Notes under the pieces: generated by a model
Database searches by the model: none
What the model saw: the letters and a program-made list of their open reading frames with translations, nothing else
What the model was told of the DNA's origin: nothing
Assembly (NCBI GenBank): GCA_965116495.1
Contig: OZ220696.1
Location: forward strand, 1,536,001-1,600,000
DNA length: 64,000 nucleotides
Reading direction: 5' to 3'
Source: Gammaproteobacteria bacterium
Lineage (GTDB): Bacteria > Pseudomonadota > Gammaproteobacteria > Eutrophobiales > Eutrophobiaceae
Position numbers and translations under genes: made by a program
Part shown: in pieces, positions 36,263 through 46,497 of the stretch
Layout of the letters: the number at the start of each line of letters is the position of its first letter
How positions within the stretch are numbered: position 1 is the first letter of the stretch

Positions 36263-36733
36263 CTATCCTTTACTGATTATAAATTTTGCCAGAGTGACGG
36301 CATCTTCCGGATCCATCCGCCCCACAGGGGAACTGCTGTAAGTGGACGCAAGCACCTTGCCAGAACCGGTGATAAAAAATTCGCTGGGCTGGATAAATTC
36401 CCTTTGCTCCTCCCACCAGGCGCCCAGTTGAGCGCCCATCTCACGGGTCATGCCCCAGGCGACGGGAAACCCCAGTTCAGCCGCGACTTCGGCTGTTTTC
36501 TCCTCTGAATCCACACAACCCGCTACAATACTGACGCCGAGTTCCGCCAGGACCTTACGTTGTTTTTCGAAGCCGGCTAACTGCCGGCGACAGAACGGTC
36601 ACCAATGACCGCGATAAAAGAGGATGAATGCATAAGGGGTATCGATATCGGCGGGAAGACGCAGCTTGCCTCCCCCGGCAATGGCCAACTCGATATCGGG
36701 AAACTGCCCGCCTTTGTCAATTTTATCGCTCAT
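36263..36733 (-). CDS. Selenocysteine-containing peroxiredoxin-like (AhpC/TSA) protein, 156 aa, UxxC motif
   Basis: MSDKIDKGGQFPDIEL..FILFYRGHW-TGA(36601-36599)-PFCRRQLAGF, continuing in frame into ORF 36263..36514. Confidence 0.88.
36572..36588 (-). promoter_or_regulatory. Putative bacterial SECIS hairpin
   Basis: GCCGGC-AGUUA-GCCGGC starting 11 nt after the UGA, with G in the loop. Confidence 0.6.
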
Positions 36734-36771
36734 GTCTTGTTCCCGGTTATTGTTGATGCAGCTTTTTGTTT

Positions 36772-38565
36772 TCACAATTTTTTGCGCGCTTCCCGGATTT
36801 CCTCGAGATCCAAATCACTCGACCCCCAGAAATCCAGAAAGCGGCGGTACCAGTCCCGGGCCCGGTCCTGGTCGCCCTGCTGTTCATGCAGTTGTCCCAG
36901 TTGATAGTGGGCCTTTACATAATGAACGGGAATGTCCAGCCTGGGGTCGGTAAGGCCGACCAGTCTTTCCAGTTCTGCGATAGCACCCTCCAGGTCTCCT
37001 GCCTGCCACTTTGCCCGGGCCATGCTCTCACGGTATAGAGGATGGTCGTATATCTTCAAGGTAGCCTGGAAGTTTATGGCCGCATCTTCCGGCCGTTTGC
37101 GTTGCAGGAGAATTTCGCCGTTCAGGTGATAGAAGCGGCGAATATGGGAGCGGAATTCGGGGTCGCTCACAGAATCGCCGATCACCCGCAGACGCTGGGC
37201 GGCATCGAGCAGCCGCCCTTTCTTGACCAGGGCAAGGCCGACCAGGTGCTCGATATCAAGATTTATATCACTCGGGTCCCGCGCCAGTTCCAGCGCCTGC
37301 TGATAGTTCTCGATCGCTTCATCGACCCGGCCGGTCTCCGCCTGGAAATAAGCGATGTAGAACAGCTTGAGCCCTTCACCCGCGGGATCGTTACGCAGAC
37401 CCCGAAGACGTTTGGCTTCCAGCTTATGTTCCGCGGCCTCGGCAAACCTGCCCTGGTATGCAGAAATCAGCGCCAGTTCGTCGTGAATTTTCTCCCGCGT
37501 CTCATTGCCGGTTGTTTCAGCAAGCAACGCTTCAAGGCTTCCCCTGGCCGCATCAATCCTGTCCTCGAGCGTGTCGATCCTGGCCAGTTCCAGGACTATC
37601 ATGGGGTCGCCGGGTAGTGCCTGCAGTTTCTCCTGCAACAGTTGCCGGGCCGTGTCGAAGTCTCCGCTCCGGCGCGCTGAGACAGCATCGGCCAGATCGC
37701 CTTCGGGCTCAGGTAGACCGCCGTAAGGCAGGTCGCCCGGGAGTTCCGGCGTCCATCCCTCCCGCCGCGCCGTGACAAAGGTGGAAAGCAGCGTTGCCCG
37801 GCTGTCCAGGTATTCCTTACCCGCTTCAACAGTCGCGCCGCGTGGGTCGCCCAGGACGCCTATCGGCGAGATGCTATGGGTGCCGTCGCGGTTGAGCTTA
37901 TCACCCATCGCCAGGGAATCGCCCATAAAACCCTGTTCGGCGCTCTCCAGGTCAACCAGTTCCGGTTGGCAGGCCAGCATAAACGCCGTTTCCGACAGGC
38001 CGGCGTGAGTGCCTGCCGTTGCCGGGTCGATGCCCAGGCGCTCCGAAATAACGGCTGCCGACCCAAGGTAGGCATCGGCATCGGAATAGGAAAAAATATT
38101 CACATGCGGATAGAGTACGCGCAATTCTTCCTCCAGCTCCCCGGCCATGGGAAAGTTGGTGCCGTGGGTCGGGATAATGGCGATGTGGCGGAACCCATGC
38201 CAGGCGAGGCTGTGGACGTATTCGTAGACCAGGGATTTGAGTATCTGTTTCCGAACGGTGATCGTCCCGGGGAAGCGCATATGATGGGGAGCAATACCGA
38301 CCCGGATGTTGGGCGTTATAAGGGCCTGCCCTACCCGTTCCGCAACCTCGCGCGCCAGGCAGTCGCCGGAGGCCGAGTCGGCCGCCAGGGCCATTTGCGG
38401 TCCGTGCTGTTCAGTCGACCCGATTGTAATAATTGCGGTATCAATTCCTTGCTCGAGGGCTGCCTCGATTTCCCTCCACGTCTTCTTTTCCAGTTCGTAT
38501 TGGGCCGGCGCCGGCGGCGCCAGAAACAACGTAAAAACCACTGCCGCGGTTATTTTATGGATCAT
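36772..38565 (-). CDS. Exported creatininase-family protein fused to TPR repeats
   Basis: Signal peptide; GSTEQHGP..D, HHMRFPGT, HGTN, HAGLSET; TPR helices in the C-terminal half. Confidence 0.85.
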   Translation of the reverse strand: MIHKITAAVVFTLFLAPPAPAQYELEKKTWREIEAALEQGIDTAIITIGSTEQHGPQMALAADSASGDCLAREVAERVGQALITPNIRVGIAPHHMRFPGTITVRKQILKSLVYEYVHSLAWHGFRHIAIIPTHGTNFPMAGELEEELRVLYPHVNIFSYSDADAYLGSAAVISERLGIDPATAGTHAGLSETAFMLACQPELVDLESAEQGFMGDSLAMGDKLNRDGTHSISPIGVLGDPRGATVEAGKEYLDSRATLLSTFVTARREGWTPELPGDLPYGGLPEPEGDLADAVSARRSGDFDTARQLLQEKLQALPGDPMIVLELARIDTLEDRIDAARGSLEALLAETTGNETREKIHDELALISAYQGRFAEAAEHKLEAKRLRGLRNDPAGEGLKLFYIAYFQAETGRVDEAIENYQQALELARDPSDINLDIEHLVGLALVKKGRLLDAAQRLRVIGDSVSDPEFRSHIRRFYHLNGEILLQRKRPEDAAINFQATLKIYDHPLYRESMARAKWQAGDLEGAIAELERLVGLTDPRLDIPVHYVKAHYQLGQLHEQQGDQDRARDWYRRFLDFWGSSDLDLEEIREARKKL

Positions 38566-38644
38566 TGCAGCCTCTCATCGGCAGCATTCAGCAGCCGGGA
38601 ATTGGGGGATGGGATAACTGTATTTTGCACGCGCAGGGGATCTC

Positions 38645-39370
38645 TCAGGGAAGGACCTGGAAACGCCGGCCGTCTTCCAGAGTCAGGCCCCGGCCATCAA
38701 ACGTCGCGTTCATGCCGGTCTGGTTGGTGTTGAATGCTGAAGACTGATTTGCCGATGTCCAGTAAGTGGTGTTGAGCCTGACGGCGCCATTTTCTGATTC
38801 ATAACGGCCATAACCGGCTTCAACGCCGTTTTCATCACCGTTGACAAGAATAAGATAGCCGTCAACAAGCGCCAGCGCGCCGTTTTCCAGCTTGTACACT
38901 TCACCTTCACCCGGACCGGCCAGCTCGAAGACTTGTACCGTTCCGCTACGCATGAAGGTCAACTTCAGTTTATCATCCACGCGGCTGGCATCGACCTCAT
39001 GCTCCGTGAGCCCCCGGTAATTGAGTGGAGGGGATTTTGACGGCGCTGTGCTGATGGTTTGTTCAGCCGCCAGGTGGATGAAATCGTCACCCGCCGAGTA
39101 AGGACCTGCATGGGCCATCGAACCCTGGTCCCGGGCCGACTCACTTTTGTACTGGGCGTATTGTACAAAAATGCCCTTTTTGAACAGGAAAATCCCATTC
39201 AACGGCAAGTCTTCACCGCTTGGGGTAACCAGGCCGGTATACAACCAGAGTCCCTCAACCTGTTGTTCAAGGGAAACCGGCTGTTCCGTTTCATTGGCGG
39301 CAGGATTAGCGCAGTAAAGGATAACCAGGAGGTAGAAGATAAAAGGTTTTGCTGACAGATGTTTTCTCAT
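38645..39370 (-). CDS. Hypothetical exported protein
   Basis: 241 aa, N-terminal signal-like segment, beta-rich. Confidence 0.7.
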   Translation of the reverse strand: MRKHLSAKPFIFYLLVILYCANPAANETEQPVSLEQQVEGLWLYTGLVTPSGEDLPLNGIFLFKKGIFVQYAQYKSESARDQGSMAHAGPYSAGDDFIHLAAEQTISTAPSKSPPLNYRGLTEHEVDASRVDDKLKLTFMRSGTVQVFELAGPGEGEVYKLENGALALVDGYLILVNGDENGVEAGYGRYESENGAVRLNTTYWTSANQSSAFNTNQTGMNATFDGRGLTLEDGRRFQVLP

Positions 39371-39392
39371 GATTCGCTTAAAGTGGTCCAGT

Positions 39393-39443
39393 TGTTACCT
39401 GTGTCTCCAGTGTAAAGTGTAACCCATGTGTCTGGTACGGACT
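39393..39443. mobile_element. Possible IS481-like transposon end remnant
   Basis: Two related units TGTTACCTGTGTCTCC and TGTAACCCATGTGTCT ending in GGTACGGAC, resembling IS481-family ends from memory; no transposase nearby. Confidence 0.4.
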
Positions 39444-39643
39444 CCTTTTTTGTTTGGCGGAGAACTGAGCATTGTATCCGTAGACGTTTTCGGGTTCAAT
39501 GTCTCATCAGGGTGTCCTCAACATAGGCGCGGAAAGGTAGATTTGGAACTGAGACGATTGAAACGATCTCTATGAATCACACACATAATGGGAAAATCCC
39601 GTCCTGTACGCAGGGAGGAACTGCGCTTAAACCCGGTGGACTA

Positions 39644-42600
39644 TCAGAACAGGAAGTCGGTTGCGTCCAGGTTGGCCATGTCGAACCCGACCAGCAGGAT
39701 CGTGCCGCCGCCGTGGCTTGACAGGTCTATAGTTATTCCACCGGGAACGGATGCTCCACCAGGATAGTAGGACAGGTCCAGAGCCTCAAACCCAGGCAGG
39801 TTGAAGGCGCTGAGGTCTATTTTGTCCTTGTTATCGATGAAGGAATGGATGCCGTCGTCTCCATGGCCTGCGTCGAAGACAAAGACATCGGGGTTTCCTG
39901 CACCGTCTGCCTCACTCGACCACGAGGGCGCCCCTCCGTATAACTCATCATCTCCGGCGCCACCGTTCAAGCGGTCTGCGCCGGCGCCGCCCATCAGAAA
40001 ATCATCGCCGGCGCCCCCATTGAGCTCATCGTCACCATCGTGACCCAGCATGCGGTCGTCACCTTCATCCCCATGGAGGTAGTCGTTTCCACCATCTCCC
40101 AGGAGCAAATCACCACCGTCATTGCCGTAAATCTCATCATCGCCGGCGCCCCCCGCTAGAGTATTAGCGTTTCCATCTCCATACAAAACATCCGCAAATT
40201 CAGAACCGGATACTCCCTCAATACCGGTGAGAACATCACCCTCGGCATAACCGTCTTTGGCGATACCTTCCAGCAGGTTCACCATTACACCTGTATCCGA
40301 ATTCCAATAATCGGTTGTATCAATGCCATCGCCTCCATCCAGTTTATCAGCGCCAGCGCCACCGGCCAGCCAGTCATCACCACCATTGCCCCGGATATCA
40401 TCATTCCCGCCCAAGCCTTGAAAACCATTATTCTTGTGATTACCAATCAGTACATCGCCGTAATCAGTGCCATCAACAATTTCAACATTCCTGATAATAT
40501 CCCCCTCTGCGTGACCACCCTTGCCGGTGCCTTCCAGGAGGTTGACCGTCACGGCTGCGTCTGATTCCCAATAGCCTACCCAGTCGCCGGCGCCGGCGCC
40601 GCCCTGTAACCGGTTGGCGCCTGCATCACCTCTCAAATTATCATCGAAGCCAGACCCGGTTACGTTCTCAATACTGGTAAGGACATCACCCTCCGCAGCA
40701 CCCCCTCCAGTATTTCCATACTTCAGATCGACAAACACGCCTGCATCAGAGTCCTCATAAAGCGCCGAGTCAACACCACTGCCACCGTCCAGCCGGTCTG
40801 CGCCGGCGCCGCCCTGCAATACATCATCACCACCATTGCCGTACAACTCATCCGCACCATCCAGCCCATACAACACATTGCCAACCCCATCACCCCGTAA
40901 TACGTCGTCGTAACCCGATCCCGCCAGGTTTTCAATCGCAGTAAGCACGTCTCCCTCGGCATCCCCACCCCCCACCGTACCCGTTGCAAGGTTTATTCTT
41001 ACCCCTGCACTCGAGCCCAAGTAAGAGGCCCAATCAATACCCCTGCCCCCATCCAGCCGGTCAGCGCCCGCATTGCCGTATAACCAGTCATCACCGTCGC
41101 CGCCGTGTAACGCATCATCACCGTCATCCCCATGCAAGCTGTCAGCACCCGCACCACCGAACAGTTTATCCCGGTCCGCGCCCCCGTGCAGTTCATCATC
41201 GCCCCCATCACCATACAGGACATCCACACCGGCCTCACCAAAGAGTTGGTCATGGCCAGCGCCCCCCTGCAACTCATCATTGCCCTCATTGCCGCGCAGC
41301 TCGTCAGCGCCCGTGTTACCAAGAAGATAGTCCGCACCCGCACCACCGTGTAACACATCATCACCCCCGGCGCCCTCCAGACGATTTGCGCCGGCATCAC
41401 CCGTCAGGCTGTCCCGGTAGGCAGAGCCTGTTACGTTCTCCATACCCGTAAACGTATCTCCCTCGGCATAACCGCCTGCCGCCGTGCCCGCGGCCAGGTC
41501 CACCCGTACTCCTGCCACGGATAAGCGGTAGGACAAAGTGTCCGCGCCTGCTCCTCCATCCAGGCGGTCGGCGCCGGCGCCCCCTGCCAGTACGTCATCA
41601 CCACCGTTGCCACGCAGTTCATCAGCGCCCCCGTTACCGGCCAGCTCATTGGCGCTGTCATCACCTGTCAGCACATCCGGGAGGGCAGACCCAGCGATAT
41701 TCTCAATCCCGCTGATGACGTCACCCTCAGCATGACCACCGGCGACCGTATTGTTGTAGAGGTCAACCGTCACGCCCGTGTCCGAACGTAGGTAGACCAC
41801 CCAGTCCACCCCGCCCCCACCATCCAGCCGATCAGCGCCCGGCCCGCCTTCCAATGCATCGTTGTCGGCGCCACCCCGAAGCTCGTCATTACCCCCGACC
41901 CCGTGTAATTCATTGGGACCGTTGTCACCCGTCAACACGTCCCGATAATCAGACCCCGCGATATTCTCTATACTCGTCAGCGTATCGCCCTGGGCATGAC
42001 CACCGGCAACCGTGCTGTCAGCAAGGTTTACTGTTACACCCGCATCCGATGTCAAATAAACCGCCCAATCCAGACCGATTCCCCCATCCAACCTATCCGC
42101 GCCTGCGCCGCCTGCCAATCTATCATCTCCCCCGCTGCCCCGAAGTTCATCGTCACCCCCAAGGCCGTACAACTCATTGGCGCCCGCGTCACCCATCAAA
42201 ACATCCCGGTACTCAGAGCCCATCACATGCTCAATACCGGTGAATACATCACCTTGTGCATAGCCGCCCGTTAATGTCCCCTCCCCAAGGTTGACCGTGA
42301 CCCCCGTAGCCGACAACTCGTAGGACAACCCGTCCAGGCCGGCGCCCCCGTCCAATTGATCGACGCCACTGCTGCCCAACAGCCAGTCATCGCCATCCCC
42401 TCCCGCCAGAATATCCTCACCACCCGCACCCCAAAGCCGATCATCCCCTCCCCCGCCGTCCAACCTGTTGGTATTGCCATCACCCCACAACACGTCAGCA
42501 AAGCCCGACCCGCTCAGGTTTTCTATATTCTCAATCATGTCACCCTGCGCATCACCGCCCGCCGCCGTGCCTGCCGCCAGGTCTACCGTTACTCCCTCAT

Positions 42601-45055
42601 TCGAGCCTTGATAAGAGGCCCAGTCCAACCCCGCACCGCCATCCAACCTGTCGGCGCCGGCGCCGCCTTCCAGTCGGTTGGCAGCATCATCGCCCACCAG
42701 CACGTCATCGTGAGCAGAACCAAGGATGTTCTCAATCTCGGTCAATATGTCTCCCTCGGCATGACCGCCCTGCACAATGCCTTCTGCAAGATTGATTGTC
42801 ACCGCCGCATCCGAATCACGATACGCCGCCCAGTCCATCCCCGCATCCCCGTCCAGACGGTCCGCGCCGGCGCCCCCTTCCAGAATGTCATCACCGCCAC
42901 TGCCCCAAATCTGGTCATTGCCATCACGCCCGTTCAGGTCGTTGGCAATCGCATTGCCGACAATCACATCATCTCCCGACCCGGCCACAAGATTCTCGAT
43001 CCAGGTATCCCGTGCGATGCTCATATTGCCAATCAGGCCGTATACATCGGAGATACCTTCCGGACGCAGGTAGATGCGCTGCTCTTGGGTGTCTGTGCGT
43101 AAATCCAGTGTGTCGCTACCGCCGTTGTCGTAAATCGTGAAGGTGGTTGGGATCGTAAGGCTTTGGGGTGAAAACTCCGGGTTCTCGGGTGTGCCCACGC
43201 TTTCAAAATAGTGAATGATGCCATCTTGATTCCCAACAATGAGATCAGGATGACTATCAGCGTTCAGGTCGGCAAATTCAAGCCCTATCCAATAGCCCGC
43301 AACAGTCGCATGAAAAGGATTCTCGAAGCCTGCGCGCTGGACGAAAACCGGTTCGGTCGTTGTGCCGGTATTCTCATGATAGAGAATGTCACCATTGCTG
43401 CTTCCCACAACGAGGTCAAAATCACGGTCATTGTCAGTATCAATAAATGCAGGTGTGTTATGAAACCCTCCGCTGATATTATTGAGAGGACTGGATGCAC
43501 CGCTACGTAATACAAAATCAGGGTTGGTCGCCGTGCCGGTGTTCTCATAGTAAGGAATATCGCCCCCCTCAGTGCCAACCGCGAGGTCAAGATCACCATC
43601 GCCGTCCAGGTCGGCCAATGTAAGCGTAGACCATGCACTGATCGTAATGCCATTAAACGGATTGGCTGTGTCAGTGCGTTGTGTAAAATGGGGGACGGCC
43701 ACAGTACCGGTATTCTCGAAGTAAGCGATAGCGCCGTAGTCATATCCAATGATGAGGTCATGGTCACCATCGCCGTCAAGGTCAGTGAAGGTCGGGGCGC
43801 TGTAAGACAGCACCGAAATGCCCTCCAAAGGGTTGTTTACGCCGGTGCGTTCGGTAAAATCAGGGTTGGCAGGCGTGCCGATGTTCTCATAGTAATACAG
43901 CAAGCCGGTGTCATTACCAACCACCAAATCCGGGTCACCGTCACCGTCAAGGTCGGTCAATGCCGGTTTAACCGTCGGTGTGCCGGAGTCACTCGGTGCT
44001 TGTATATCAGAAAAGGGATTGGCCTCCCCGGTCCATAATCTGAAGTATTCACCCAGGTAACCGTCCACATTTGATTGATAACCGTAAATGGTATCGCCTG
44101 TGTTGATCGTGTCAGGCGCGCCATAGAGATCCTGGATGGCGATGATGTCTGCAATCATCGGGGTCACGAACTTGGCAAAGCTGGCATTGATATATGTATT
44201 CTCTCCTTGGGAAAAATAAGACATCACCGTGGCCTGATAGGAATCTTTGAGGAATACGTTGTCGCGGCCGTATACACTGAGAAGATCGTATGGACCGGCA
44301 TGACCCAGACCCAAGGCGTGACCGATCTCGTGAATATAGGTCACGAAAGCGTTGCTGACCACACCTGTGCCATATGCAAACAACCAACCTGATGGCACGT
44401 TGACCAGGGACACAATATCCCCGTTAATGAACCGGCTGATGCCGAGAGAGCTTTCCCCTTCATCATCAAAGATGATACGGGCAGTATCATCTTCGACGAA
44501 CCTGAAAGTAATACCGGTCACGTTAGTCCAAGACTCAAGCGCCCAGCGCACGACTTGCTGTCCCTCTTCGGTGAGGGCGGTAATATTGACACTCAGCATG
44601 CCGCCAGGCTCCAGATCATGAGCAAACCTTGATCCCTTTTGCCATTCTTCCTGGAAACCATCCGTCAGAAACTCGGCAATCTCGTCATAACTGCCCTCCG
44701 GGATCGTGTTCTCGGCCAGCGCAAGCTCGTAGCTACCCGTGAAAGTATCATCGTAACTGCCTATGCACAGATAATAAGTCCCGCTGACGTCGGGGCTGAA
44801 AATGAGCCTTGCGCCGGCAGGAATCAAGACGCCGGAGGCCACCTGGTTGCCGGAGGCATCAAACAGCCCCAATACAGCCCAATCAACACCGCCGAGAGTA
44901 ACATCGTATATCGTCTCCGCGCTCAGTTCGACTTTGATCCAGTCTTTGTCACCCACCGAATCGAGCGTTCCCTGGAACATGTCTCCAAGAGATAGGGTAT
45001 ATTGCGTTTGCGCATTCGCGCCGGCATCACCCTTGTCTTCTTTGATAACAGCCAT
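39644..45055 (-). CDS. Giant secreted protein A: PPC-like domain + M10 metalloprotease + FG-GAP repeats + RTX repeats
   Basis: HEIGHALGLGH, Met-turn TVMSY, DLDGDGDxDL repeats, many GGxGxDxL nonapeptides, C-terminal DFLF. Confidence 0.92.
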   Translation of the reverse strand: MAVIKEDKGDAGANAQTQYTLSLGDMFQGTLDSVGDKDWIKVELSAETIYDVTLGGVDWAVLGLFDASGNQVASGVLIPAGARLIFSPDVSGTYYLCIGSYDDTFTGSYELALAENTIPEGSYDEIAEFLTDGFQEEWQKGSRFAHDLEPGGMLSVNITALTEEGQQVVRWALESWTNVTGITFRFVEDDTARIIFDDEGESSLGISRFINGDIVSLVNVPSGWLFAYGTGVVSNAFVTYIHEIGHALGLGHAGPYDLLSVYGRDNVFLKDSYQATVMSYFSQGENTYINASFAKFVTPMIADIIAIQDLYGAPDTINTGDTIYGYQSNVDGYLGEYFRLWTGEANPFSDIQAPSDSGTPTVKPALTDLDGDGDPDLVVGNDTGLLYYYENIGTPANPDFTERTGVNNPLEGISVLSYSAPTFTDLDGDGDHDLIIGYDYGAIAYFENTGTVAVPHFTQRTDTANPFNGITISAWSTLTLADLDGDGDLDLAVGTEGGDIPYYENTGTATNPDFVLRSGASSPLNNISGGFHNTPAFIDTDNDRDFDLVVGSSNGDILYHENTGTTTEPVFVQRAGFENPFHATVAGYWIGLEFADLNADSHPDLIVGNQDGIIHYFESVGTPENPEFSPQSLTIPTTFTIYDNGGSDTLDLRTDTQEQRIYLRPEGISDVYGLIGNMSIARDTWIENLVAGSGDDVIVGNAIANDLNGRDGNDQIWGSGGDDILEGGAGADRLDGDAGMDWAAYRDSDAAVTINLAEGIVQGGHAEGDILTEIENILGSAHDDVLVGDDAANRLEGGAGADRLDGGAGLDWASYQGSNEGVTVDLAAGTAAGGDAQGDMIENIENLSGSGFADVLWGDGNTNRLDGGGGDDRLWGAGGEDILAGGDGDDWLLGSSGVDQLDGGAGLDGLSYELSATGVTVNLGEGTLTGGYAQGDVFTGIEHVMGSEYRDVLMGDAGANELYGLGGDDELRGSGGDDRLAGGAGADRLDGGIGLDWAVYLTSDAGVTVNLADSTVAGGHAQGDTLTSIENIAGSDYRDVLTGDNGPNELHGVGGNDELRGGADNDALEGGPGADRLDGGGGVDWVVYLRSDTGVTVDLYNNTVAGGHAEGDVISGIENIAGSALPDVLTGDDSANELAGNGGADELRGNGGDDVLAGGAGADRLDGGAGADTLSYRLSVAGVRVDLAAGTAAGGYAEGDTFTGMENVTGSAYRDSLTGDAGANRLEGAGGDDVLHGGAGADYLLGNTGADELRGNEGNDELQGGAGHDQLFGEAGVDVLYGDGGDDELHGGADRDKLFGGAGADSLHGDDGDDALHGGDGDDWLYGNAGADRLDGGRGIDWASYLGSSAGVRINLATGTVGGGDAEGDVLTAIENLAGSGYDDVLRGDGVGNVLYGLDGADELYGNGGDDVLQGGAGADRLDGGSGVDSALYEDSDAGVFVDLKYGNTGGGAAEGDVLTSIENVTGSGFDDNLRGDAGANRLQGGAGAGDWVGYWESDAAVTVNLLEGTGKGGHAEGDIIRNVEIVDGTDYGDVLIGNHKNNGFQGLGGNDDIRGNGGDDWLAGGAGADKLDGGDGIDTTDYWNSDTGVMVNLLEGIAKDGYAEGDVLTGIEGVSGSEFADVLYGDGNANTLAGGAGDDEIYGNDGGDLLLGDGGNDYLHGDEGDDRMLGHDGDDELNGGAGDDFLMGGAGADRLNGGAGDDELYGGAPSWSSEADGAGNPDVFVFDAGHGDDGIHSFIDNKDKIDLSAFNLPGFEALDLSYYPGGASVPGGITIDLSSHGGGTILLVGFDMANLDATDFLF

Positions 45056-45130
45056 TTGCTCACCCCCTGTCTGAACCGAAAAGCGTCATTTTCATCCTGC
45101 TATTCATGTCTGTCGGCTGCTTGCGTTATT

Positions 45131-46396
45131 TTACGATCTGGATGGGCTTGCCACCTGTTCCGGGGCGCCTTCGGAGTTCTGGGCTGTCTGCTGCGAGGTA
45201 AGCGCGGCCGCGCGCTTGCTGGCCGCCAGCTCTGTCTGCACGTATGTCATCAGGCTGGGGATGCCAGGCTCACACAGATCATCGCCTGCCGGTTGCCAGA
45301 TATAGCCCAGGTTTGCGAGTTGGTCCAACTGCGCATCAGCCGTTTGTGCCGTTACGCCGGTTAGGGCAACCAGGTGATCTGACAGGTCCATGTAGCCGGC
45401 TGTTTCCTGTCCCACAAATGTACCGGCTACGGCGCCGGCGGCCTGCAGCAAGCCCTGTTTGCGCAGCTCGCGGAAACGATCTCCGTAGTAAGCGGTCCTG
45501 CTGGCCTCAAACCTTGGCCTGGCCGCATCGACAATACTTGCCTGCACACGGAAACGCATGGTGTCCACCATGGCATGGCACAGCGCTTCCCCCCAGAGTT
45601 GGATGAAGTAGGGGTAACGCTGGCTTTCCTGCACTACGCGGTCCAGGACATCCTTGTCAAAGGTGATATCTGCCTCAGCCAGCGGAGAGACCAGCGCCTC
45701 AACAGTAGCTTCCAGACTCAGGCGGCCAATGCCGATTTTTTCTGCCCGGTTCCAGAAGGTGGCGCTCATCTGATTCAAGTGATCTCTCAAATTTGGCGTC
45801 CCGGCGATGGCCAACAGAAAGGGAGCGCCCTGTTTGCGCACTTGCTGGCTGGCGTTCAACAGCGTATGACCCACCTCCGCGGCTAGCGTATGCGCCTCGT
45901 CCAGCGCTACTACCAACGGGCGTTTGCGGCAGCGGGCGACCAGCATTTGAACAAGATGGCGACGTTTGATGTTGTCCATCTGGTCAGGCGTCATACTGTC
46001 CCAGCGGGCGCCGATGGCCTGCAGGTCGATGCTGAGCCCGGAGGGAGTAATGGATGTCAGGAACTTCCCGATTACACTATCGTCATAGAGCAGGTGGCTT
46101 GCCAGATCGGTAACATTTCCAATCTCCGCGGGTGTCAGGTCCAGCGTGTCGGTGTCCTGATCTTCGCACTGTCGGCGGAAGGTTTCGAGCAGCACGGTTT
46201 TGCCGTTACCGCGCGGCCCATAGATCACTGCGTCGGCAGGCACCTGACGGTTACTCAGCAGGCGTTGCAGAAAGCCTTGCAACACACGCAAATCACCGTC
46301 CCTGCCAGCAAGCACAGGAGGCAGAGCACCGCTACCCGGCACAAACAGGCTCAGCAGGTTCTTTGTGAAGTCAGGGTCGATATAGCTCGTTGTCAC
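45131..46396 (-). CDS. AAA+ ATPase (AAA_16/ORC-like)
   Basis: FVPGSGALPPVLAGRD, GPRGNGKT, VALDEAH, YPYFIQLWG; GTG start 46396 inferred, 7 nt after TGcTATACT. Confidence 0.82.
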   Translation of the reverse strand: MTTSYIDPDFTKNLLSLFVPGSGALPPVLAGRDGDLRVLQGFLQRLLSNRQVPADAVIYGPRGNGKTVLLETFRRQCEDQDTDTLDLTPAEIGNVTDLASHLLYDDSVIGKFLTSITPSGLSIDLQAIGARWDSMTPDQMDNIKRRHLVQMLVARCRKRPLVVALDEAHTLAAEVGHTLLNASQQVRKQGAPFLLAIAGTPNLRDHLNQMSATFWNRAEKIGIGRLSLEATVEALVSPLAEADITFDKDVLDRVVQESQRYPYFIQLWGEALCHAMVDTMRFRVQASIVDAARPRFEASRTAYYGDRFRELRKQGLLQAAGAVAGTFVGQETAGYMDLSDHLVALTGVTAQTADAQLDQLANLGYIWQPAGDDLCEPGIPSLMTYVQTELAASKRAAALTSQQTAQNSEGAPEQVASPSRS

Positions 46397-46497
46397 AATG
46401 ACGAGTATAGCACGGTAAGACAACGACTTGCCCTCATACAGGGGCCGGCAGAAAAGCAAGTTGCTACGGAATTAAACTCCCTGATGCCTGCAAATTA

